This document shows, piece by piece, positions 56,965 to 64,000 of a stretch of 64,000 bases of DNA. Source of the DNA: an uncultured Bacilli bacterium (GTDB lineage: Bacteria > Bacillota_I > Bacilli_A > RF39 > UBA660); the NCBI GenBank assembly GCA_934098705.1, contig CAKOPC010000002.1, positions 250,681-314,680 of the forward strand. Reading direction: 5' to 3'. Position 1 is the stretch's first letter. Each line of letters starts with the position of its first letter. A model generated the notes under the pieces. It was given only the letters and a program-made list of their open reading frames with translations, searched no databases and was not told the DNA's origin. The translations under genes were made by a program, and so were the position numbers.

Positions 56965-58074
56965 ATGGATGATTTAAAAGTATTAAATTTTTATAACGCT
57001 AATAATAAAAACCTAGTTAAATCATTTAATAATAATATTGATTCTTCATTAAATGTAAAATTAGATTATAATAAAGTTGAAACAGATACAAATTGGATAG
57101 ATAAAATGACAGAAACGATACCATACCTTGACAACATATTAAGAAATCCTAATAGATTTATTGTAAATGAAGAAGACGTTGTAAAAATAGAGCTTGCAAG
57201 AAGAATTACTGTTGAAAGCATAAAGCATTTATCACGTAATACTAATTTTATTCAAGATTATAATAAGAAAACAGGAGATGTAAGGCCTTCCAAGATTTTA
57301 AACATAAATAAAGAAGAAAGTTTTAATACTTATGAAAACAGATTTATATATAGTTTAATAAAAAATATGCAGTTTTATATTGCTAGAAAAAAATCTCTTG
57401 GAATAAAAGATCCATTTTGTAAAGATAATAAACTATTAACCTATAATGGTGTAACTAAAGTTGGCAAAGAACATGTTAATATATCATTAAATCTAAAATC
57501 TGAAAAACAAGAAACCTCAAAAGTTAAGTCATTAGAAGAACAAATAGCAGAACTTGAAATAAAAATAGCAGATTTAACAAGAGCAGATGTCTTTAAAAGC
57601 ATTGATAAGTTACATATTGCCCTTGTAACATCTCCCATAAAAAAGACAAATATGATATTAAAAAATGTTAATTTTCAATATGCACTAAGCTTGTGGAATT
57701 ATCTTCAAGAAAATATAGAAGATGATAGTGCAAACATAAAAGAAAAAAAAGATTATAACGATAATGGCGATTTAAAAAAATATATAGATGAAACTATGAT
57801 GTTAAACTATTTAGTGATGACATCTTTAAATAAAGAACAAAAAAAAGAAGAAATAAATAAAGAAGAAATAGCAGAAAAATTAATTGCAAATATGGTAGAA
57901 AAAGTACTTGATGTAAATGAAACTTTAAATGAAGAAATGTTAAAAAATATTGTAAGTAAACAATATGCTGTAATAAAATATAAAAATGTAGAAAATGATA
58001 TAGAATTACAAAGAAGATTTAAAAAATATCTTAATGAATATATAAAAAAAGTAAGTGAGGCAAAGTTAATATGA
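56965..58074 (+). CDS. partner protein, possibly McrC-N/DUF2357-like, with no nuclease motif seen
   Basis: 369 aa. The NTYENRFIYSLI motif recalls McrC-type partners. The central and C-terminal parts are coiled-coil-like. I found no PD-(D/E)xK motif. Confidence 0.4.
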   Translation: MDDLKVLNFYNANNKNLVKSFNNNIDSSLNVKLDYNKVETDTNWIDKMTETIPYLDNILRNPNRFIVNEEDVVKIELARRITVESIKHLSRNTNFIQDYNKKTGDVRPSKILNINKEESFNTYENRFIYSLIKNMQFYIARKKSLGIKDPFCKDNKLLTYNGVTKVGKEHVNISLNLKSEKQETSKVKSLEEQIAELEIKIADLTRADVFKSIDKLHIALVTSPIKKTNMILKNVNFQYALSLWNYLQENIEDDSANIKEKKDYNDNGDLKKYIDETMMLNYLVMTSLNKEQKKEEINKEEIAEKLIANMVEKVLDVNETLNEEMLKNIVSKQYAVIKYKNVENDIELQRRFKKYLNEYIKKVSEAKLI

Positions 58075-58709
58075 TAGAGAAGTTAAAAAAAACATATAAT
58101 GATATAATGGAAAAAGATATAGTAAAATTTACACTAGGTTTTATAAAGGTTGTTATAGCTATATTTATTATATTAATAATGTCCGTTATAATAATACAAA
58201 AAGTATCAAATAACAATTTATCTTTAGGTGGTTATAGATTATTTACTATAGTTACAGGTAGTATGGAACCAAAATATAAAGTTGGAGATATGGTACTTGC
58301 AAAAGAAGTAAAAGCTAAAGATATAGAAGTATTAGATGATGTTGTATATAATGGTAAAGAAGATGATTTTAATGGTAAAATTGTAGCTCATCAAGTTATA
58401 AAAAAAGAAGTTAAAAATGGAAAATACAGTTTTATAACAAAAGGAATTGCTAATCAAAGCGAAGATCCTAAAATAAGTGAAGAACAAATAATAGGTAAAA
58501 TAATATACAAAACAGTTATACTAAGTTTTATAACAAAAATTGTTAATAACTTATATGGATTCTACTTTCTTTTATTTGTACCGATAGTTGTATTAACATT
58601 TATAGAAATTATTAAAGCAATAGAGGAAAAAAAGGAAGAAAAAGAGGAGAAAAGAAAATTAAAAGAAAAAGAAGAATCTAAAAAACAAGATGATGAGGAA
58701 GAATTATAA
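58071..58709 (+). CDS. SipW-like (ER/archaeal-type) signal peptidase I
   Basis: TGSMEP (Ser), AHQV (His), TKGIANQSEDP, and both N- and C-terminal TMs. 4-nt overlap with the upstream gene. Confidence 0.8.
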   Translation: MIEKLKKTYNDIMEKDIVKFTLGFIKVVIAIFIILIMSVIIIQKVSNNNLSLGGYRLFTIVTGSMEPKYKVGDMVLAKEVKAKDIEVLDDVVYNGKEDDFNGKIVAHQVIKKEVKNGKYSFITKGIANQSEDPKISEEQIIGKIIYKTVILSFITKIVNNLYGFYFLLFVPIVVLTFIEIIKAIEEKKEEKEEKRKLKEKEESKKQDDEEEL

Positions 58710-59314
58710 TGAAAGATATTTTTGATGTAATAAAAAAAGTATTTAAAAAAGTTAAACTATCAACTATACTTCTTTTATTTTTTCTTTTATCTACTAATGT
58801 TTTTGCATGGTTTATTTATACAACTAAAGTGGATTCAAATATTACAGCTCATGTAAAGGCTTGGGATGTTTCATTTACTGTTGGAAGTACTGAACTTTCC
58901 CAAGAGATAAATTTTGATATAGCAGAAGTTTATCCTGGTATGACATCATATCTTCAAAAAATAACAGCAACAAATAATAGTGAAACAAAAGCTAAATTTA
59001 CATATGAAATAATAAGTGCTTCTATTTTAGGAGAAACATATAAAACAGGGCCAAATCTTACAAGCGAAGAACTATCACAAAAATTAGCAAATGATTACCC
59101 ATTTAAAGTTATATTTAATACAGATAATCATTTAATGGCATCACATGGTGGTAAGGGAGAATTTTCCTTGTCAGTTACATGGCCTTATGAAAGCGGAGAT
59201 GACGCTAAAGATACATATTGGGGTAATAAAGCTTATTTATTTAAGAAAAGTAATCCAAGTGTTCCAAGCATAAGTTTAGTTGTTAAAATAAATGCTATAC
59301 AAGTTGAAGAATAA
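58709..59314 (+). CDS. TasA/camelysin-like secreted protein
   Basis: A TM is followed by NVFAWF. The C-terminal part contains VTWPYESGDD. 1-nt overlap with the peptidase gene. Confidence 0.55.
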   Translation: MKDIFDVIKKVFKKVKLSTILLLFFLLSTNVFAWFIYTTKVDSNITAHVKAWDVSFTVGSTELSQEINFDIAEVYPGMTSYLQKITATNNSETKAKFTYEIISASILGETYKTGPNLTSEELSQKLANDYPFKVIFNTDNHLMASHGGKGEFSLSVTWPYESGDDAKDTYWGNKAYLFKKSNPSVPSISLVVKINAIQVEE

Positions 59315-59335
59315 TTAATAAAAAAATAATGTTGA

Positions 59336-59363
59336 AATAATGTTGTTTAAGCATTATTTTTTT
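59336..59363 (+). terminator. intrinsic terminator
   Basis: Stem AATAATG / CATTATT followed by a T-run. Confidence 0.6.
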
Positions 59364-59511
59364 ATTTATAAACTTTTGTAATTTATCAACAGAATATTAA
59401 AAACCTTTAAATCTATAAAAATAATTGTTAAAAATATTTTTATAAAAATAACTTTAAAAAAGGTTATTAAAAAGCTATACAAAAAAACAAACAAATGTAC
59501 GTAAAAAAGTA

Positions 59512-59540
59512 TTGACATACAATTTTGTGTATGCTACTAT
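59512..59540 (+). promoter_or_regulatory. promoter-like element pointing antisense into the 59585..60178 gene
   Basis: TTGACA, 17-nt spacer, TACTAT. Preceded by ACAAACAAATGTAC (59487-59500), which is shared with the uvrB promoter repeats. Confidence 0.35.
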
Positions 59541-59563
59541 ATATGCGTAAGGCGATATTATTG

Positions 59564-59587
59564 TTAAAAAAAGAGAATAATCTCTTA
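59564..59587 (-). terminator. intrinsic terminator of the minus-strand gene
   Basis: On the minus strand: AAGAGA TTAT TCTCTT followed by TTTTTTT. Confidence 0.65.
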
Positions 59588-60178
59588 TTCGCCTTTATTT
59601 TGAATAAATGATAAAGATACATTTAGTAATGCTTTGCTATTTTCATCTGTAGCAGCTAAAGTATCGGCATCATTATCCATATTACTAGAGTCCCCATCAT
59701 TCCACATTACATATACTCTAATTGTTAAAACATCAGTTGTATTATGATTTACAAGACCTGTTATATTTTCATTATAACTTTCAAAGTTAACAACTTCACC
59801 ACCATTTATAGAGTATCCTGTTGTAACAAGGTCAGTAACACTACTTTCAAGAGAAGCATTAGCAGTTATTGTATAATTAAATGAAACATCAGTATCTTTT
59901 GCATCAATTATTATATCAAAATAACCAGTTGATGTAGGAGCAATAACATCACTTTTTATATATTCATTACCACTAAAAACTGGTGTTATAACTTCTTGTG
60001 CTAAAGAACCACTTGTTATATCTTCATCATTAACAAGTATTTTCCATCTAGCAACTGTCATATTAGCTTCACCACTTACATTGTTAATATATTTAGCATA
60101 AGTATCTTGTATAAAAGTTAAACACATTAAAAGAGAAATAAAAGCAATTAATAATCTAAATTTTTTGATTTTAATCAT
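59585..60178 (-). CDS. TasA/camelysin-like secreted protein (inverted paralogue)
   Basis: A TM is followed by DTYAKYI. Contains VYVMWNDGDSS. SD GGAGGG. Confidence 0.55.
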   Translation of the reverse strand: MIKIKKFRLLIAFISLLMCLTFIQDTYAKYINNVSGEANMTVARWKILVNDEDITSGSLAQEVITPVFSGNEYIKSDVIAPTSTGYFDIIIDAKDTDVSFNYTITANASLESSVTDLVTTGYSINGGEVVNFESYNENITGLVNHNTTDVLTIRVYVMWNDGDSSNMDNDADTLAATDENSKALLNVSLSFIQNKGE

Positions 60179-60370
60179 AATTTATCCCTCCTTATATATC
60201 TTTACATTATTATTGTATAACAAATGTAAATAAAAAGACAATTATTGTGTAAAAATAAGACATTAATTTTACAAAAAATATGTAAAATTTAAAAGCATTA
60301 TAAATGTTGTTTTTTGTCATGTTTTATGATATTATTATATTGATAATGTAATGATAGGAGAGTATTACGT

Positions 60371-61069
60371 ATGGCAAAAGAAGTACTGGTAACAGCTAAA
60401 AAGTTAAAAAACAGGAAAAAGTTTTATAAACAAGCCAAATGGATTTTACTATTTATACTTATCTTTTTAATTATTGTCTACATTATCCTTGAAGTAACAT
60501 ATAATGGCGGTCATTTTACAATAAGTTTAGACAAAAATACTACTTTAAAACAAAATTTAGTACTTTATGAAGATATTAAATATAAGGAACCCCAAGTAAA
60601 GTTAAGCGCAGGAAAAATTGATTTTTTGGATAATATATCTATTGACTGGATACCAAAAGACATTGATAGTGAAAAAGACGGCTCTCATAATGGAGATAAT
60701 TATATAGCGTATACTTATTATATTGAAAATATAGGGGAAGATGTAGTAAATTACTGGACTGAACTTTATATAGATGATGTAATAAAAAATGTTGATGAAG
60801 CATTAAGAGTTATGGTTTTTGAAAATGGTGAAAAAACTGTTTATGCCAAAATAAACAGTATAACAAATCTTCCTGAAAATGGCACAACACCTTTTTATAG
60901 TAAAGACAAAGTTTTTGTAAGAGAACGTGATTTAATAAAACCAAATGAAATAGATAAATATACTATTGTTATATGGCTTGAAGGGGACGACCCAGACTGT
61001 CTTGATGATATTTTAGGTGGAGAAATCAAGATGCATGTAAAAATAAGAGATGAACATTTTGTTGATTAA
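60371..61069 (+). CDS. membrane-anchored protein of the same family
   Basis: A TM is followed by VTYNGGHF. The C-terminal IVIWLEGDDPDC..GGEIKMHVKI parallels the next gene. Confidence 0.5.
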   Translation: MAKEVLVTAKKLKNRKKFYKQAKWILLFILIFLIIVYIILEVTYNGGHFTISLDKNTTLKQNLVLYEDIKYKEPQVKLSAGKIDFLDNISIDWIPKDIDSEKDGSHNGDNYIAYTYYIENIGEDVVNYWTELYIDDVIKNVDEALRVMVFENGEKTVYAKINSITNLPENGTTPFYSKDKVFVRERDLIKPNEIDKYTIVIWLEGDDPDCLDDILGGEIKMHVKIRDEHFVD

Positions 61070-61078
61070 GAGGTATTT

Positions 61079-62089
61079 ATGAAGAAAACAAAAGAAGAGA
61101 AAAAGGAAGTAAACAGATTATTTTTATTGTTATTATTAACATTTGGAACACTTATACTTTTTTCAGTATCGTCATATGCTTGGTTTTCAGCAAATAGGAT
61201 GGTTACTATTGATTCACTTGATATAAAAGTAGCAACAGTTGGGGGAATTGATATATCAGCAGATGCCTTAAACTGGAAAGTTGCTCTTACAACAAGTGAA
61301 CTTATTGATGTTAAAGATACAACCTATCAAACAAGTATAAATCAAATTCCCCTTTATTTAGAACCAGTATCAACTGGGGGATTAATTGATGATAATGGTC
61401 TTTTAAAACTATATCATGGTATTGCAACAAATGATGATATAAATGGAAACTTTTTATTAACAACAACAAGAAGTATTGAGGAATTTGGATATGGTGTTTT
61501 AAGTAGTGGTAAGTTTATTGCTTTTGATATATTTTTAAGGACAACAGCTCCTAAAAACCTATATTTAACAACAGATTCAAAAGTAACATATAATGGTGAA
61601 AAAACTGTAGGAATTGAAAATGCTTTTAGAATCGCTTTTTTAAATGAAGGTAATGTAACCAAAGATACTAATTATTTAATAGCTCAAGCTTTAAAAGGAG
61701 CAACAAAGCCTTATATTTGGGAACCAAATTATGATACTCATACAGAAGGTGGTGTCTTTAATGCACTTAATACATATGGAATAACAACAACCATGGAAAA
61801 TAGTGAAAAAATAGATTATGATGGTGTAATAGATGAAATAACAAGGGAAGATAATATCTCATTAAGCGGTGCAAGTGAGGCTTTAAATAGTACAAAATTT
61901 AAAAGAGTAGATGTTGATTATGCTACTAAAACAAATAGAGATAGTTATGAAAGAATATTTGATATTCCAAGTGGAATAAGTAAAATAAGAATATACATAT
62001 GGATAGAAGGACAAGATGTTGACTGTGAAAATGAAGCATCAGTTGGAGATGCTAAGTTAACATTAAAACTATCAACTAATCCATCATAG
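61079..62089 (+). CDS. TasA/camelysin-like secreted protein
   Basis: A TM is followed by SSYAWFSANR. C-terminal IYIWIEGQDVDC..GDAKLTLKLS. Confidence 0.6.
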   Translation: MKKTKEEKKEVNRLFLLLLLTFGTLILFSVSSYAWFSANRMVTIDSLDIKVATVGGIDISADALNWKVALTTSELIDVKDTTYQTSINQIPLYLEPVSTGGLIDDNGLLKLYHGIATNDDINGNFLLTTTRSIEEFGYGVLSSGKFIAFDIFLRTTAPKNLYLTTDSKVTYNGEKTVGIENAFRIAFLNEGNVTKDTNYLIAQALKGATKPYIWEPNYDTHTEGGVFNALNTYGITTTMENSEKIDYDGVIDEITREDNISLSGASEALNSTKFKRVDVDYATKTNRDSYERIFDIPSGISKIRIYIWIEGQDVDCENEASVGDAKLTLKLSTNPS

Positions 62090-62129
62090 TAAAATAAACA
62101 CAAAATAAAAATAAAGAAAGGGGAAACTT

Positions 62130-64000
62130 ATGAAAAAGTTAATAAAGAAATTAAAATTTAAAAAACTTAGTTCAAATACAAAAGTTAAAATTATTTTTAT
62201 GCTTCCTGTATTTTCTTTATTAATAATTTTAATTACTACTTTCTTTAAAACATATGGGGATTATGTAACAAATCCAAATAGCAAGCAAAGTGGTGTAACC
62301 GAAGATACTGTGTATATAAATGACGATATGAGAGATTGGTATTACTACATGGGATTAAATTACACAGAAAATGATGGTACTTTGCCAACTGCTGTTGATA
62401 AAAAAATATATAGTAACAAAAATTTAGTAAGACTTAATATAACATATGATAGTTTAGATTTAATACATAATGCAACAAGCTATGTTGGAATAAGTGAAAC
62501 ACAGTCAAAGTACGTATATTACAAAGTATTAAATGTTAATGATAATGGCACAGAATCAAAACTTGATGATTATGTAATGTTAGAATTAATAGATAATCCT
62601 TTTGCTAATATTCCAGATGATTTAGCATTTAATGGCTGGATAACAAATTATGAAAATGTAAAATTAAGTTTTGACAATACATATTATGTAAGATATGCCA
62701 AAATACCAGTAACTTATAATAGCAATGACACTCCAAGTGATATAACAATTACCTTTAATGCAAGTTATGTACCAGCAAATAAAGTAATACTAGGACAAAC
62801 TTCATGGAATAATGCTCTAAATAATCTAGATAATGCTGTTATGAAAAATATTAAAGTTTTTGAACTTGAATATAAATATGATATAACAGATGATTATTAT
62901 ACTAGTGTATCAATAGCAAATGGTGAAAGTTGTGCCAATATGTATAACGAACAAGGAGTAAGGCAAAATAATAACTGTACTTGTAGAACTTGGTGGGGAA
63001 ACTGTACTTATTATGAAAAAGTAGAAAGTCAAATATATGATAGTACTAAAAATTATTACAAATTAGAATATAACTATATGCAAAGTGTTGATATAGAACA
63101 AACTTTAGAACCAATAAGTGTTGAATATATCTATTATAATTTGTTTAATGAAAATTCTAATATGGCTGGTTTCTACAGATTAAAAGAAATTGCATATAGA
63201 GAAAATATGGCAGGTTATTATGATGAAAGTGGAAATATTTTAACTGGAAACTGTAATTATAATACTTGTAATGTTTATGAACTAATAAACTATTATGATG
63301 AAAATGGTGTTGAAAATAAAGTAAGTAAAGATGATGATTACTATTACCTTGTAACTAGAGATACTAACATTTTAATTATGAATCAAAATAGGAGTGATAG
63401 TTGGGGAAATAATAGTAAACCGTTTACCTTAAAAGGAATAGATAATAACATTGATTATAACCCAACATGGAATATATCAAGAACATATGTTAAATGTTAT
63501 AATGCAACAAGAATTGAATATATAACAATATCATCAGGTCAAAACTATACATTAAATATTGAACCATCATCAAGTCCTAATTCAAGGGGTTATTTTTATG
63601 GAAATTATAAAAATGTAAAACTAGGTAGAAATATTAAAAGACAAGGAAACTATGCAACATTTAGATCAATACTTGGGGGAGATAACACAAGATATAATAT
63701 TGGAAGTAGTCAAAATCTTACAAAATATAGATTAATTATTGAAAGTGGTTATTATCAAACAATGTCTATAACAAATACTAATAATCAAAATTCTAACCAC
63801 CAAAATATATATATAAAAGCAGAAGCAATTTATGGTAATGATTATGACAGAGTAAGCGATAATAATAACAATTTAATATTATACTACTGTGCTTGTGGTT
63901 CATGGAACGACAACTATTATTCAAATAGTAATGCAGGTATTCTTTTTACTTTAACTGTTAAAAGTGGAATATATGGACAAGGTAAAAAGGATTATACATC
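62130..64000 (+). CDS. large N-terminally anchored surface protein (3' end outside the window)
   Basis: ATG 62130 follows SD AAAGGGGA. The frame stays open to the window edge (over 620 codons, so it is absent from the ORF track). A TM is followed by KTYGDYV. N/Y/Cys-rich. Confidence 0.6.
   Translation, partial: MKKLIKKLKFKKLSSNTKVKIIFMLPVFSLLIILITTFFKTYGDYVTNPNSKQSGVTEDTVYINDDMRDWYYYMGLNYTENDGTLPTAVDKKIYSNKNLVRLNITYDSLDLIHNATSYVGISETQSKYVYYKVLNVNDNGTESKLDDYVMLELIDNPFANIPDDLAFNGWITNYENVKLSFDNTYYVRYAKIPVTYNSNDTPSDITITFNASYVPANKVILGQTSWNNALNNLDNAVMKNIKVFELEYKYDITDDYYTSVSIANGESCANMYNEQGVRQNNNCTCRTWWGNCTYYEKVESQIYDSTKNYYKLEYNYMQSVDIEQTLEPISVEYIYYNLFNENSNMAGFYRLKEIAYRENMAGYYDESGNILTGNCNYNTCNVYELINYYDENGVENKVSKDDDYYYLVTRDTNILIMNQNRSDSWGNNSKPFTLKGIDNNIDYNPTWNISRTYVKCYNATRIEYITISSGQNYTLNIEPSSSPNSRGYFYGNYKNVKLGRNIKRQGNYATFRSILGGDNTRYNIGSSQNLTKYRLIIESGYYQTMSITNTNNQNSNHQNIYIKAEAIYGNDYDRVSDNNNNLILYYCACGSWNDNYYSNSNAGILFTLTVKSGIYGQGKKDYT

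Overview
Very AT-rich chromosomal segment from a low-GC Gram-positive bacterium (Bacillota, Clostridia/Erysipelotrichia-like). It uses the standard bacterial code: UGA is a stop, and prfB carries its UGA-dependent +1 frameshift. I call about 73 protein genes, all but four on the + strand. Most are housekeeping: prfB, ftsEX plus an M23 hydrolase, lysS, clpC-like, cysS, rlmB, sigH-like, rpsF-ssb-rpsR, argS, rpoE, prfA-prmC, spoIIR, murA, rpmE, rpiB, mreB, a TagO/WecA-like transferase, csp, hpf, uvrB, glyA, infC-rpmI-rplT and rpsB-tsf. I saw no rRNA, tRNA or CRISPR array. Three accessory patches stand out. (1) 53.5-64 kb is a tightly packed locus with a SipW-type signal peptidase and six proteins sharing a TasA/camelysin-like N-terminal motif. 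These are co-operonic with a membrane-anchored, coiled-coil McrB-family GTPase and a partner that has no recognisable nuclease. This is my best candidate for an undescribed system. (2) 40.2-44.7 kb is the uvrB 5' region, which holds two direct-repeat-flanked insertions. One is a RhuM-family gene behind a duplicated uvrB promoter. The other is a 2,853-bp segment that left a truncated uvrB 5' copy and carries a radical-SAM/SPASM enzyme, a 75-aa peptide with five H-x-(N/D) triplets, and an unknown 184-aa protein. (3) 32.8-35.0 kb is an atypical agr-like module. It has an AgrB-like protein, an unannotated 29-aa Cys/aromatic peptide ORF, a small HTH protein and a LytTR regulator with a pseudo-receiver, but no histidine kinase. 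All functional calls come from motif recognition by eye, and no database search was run.
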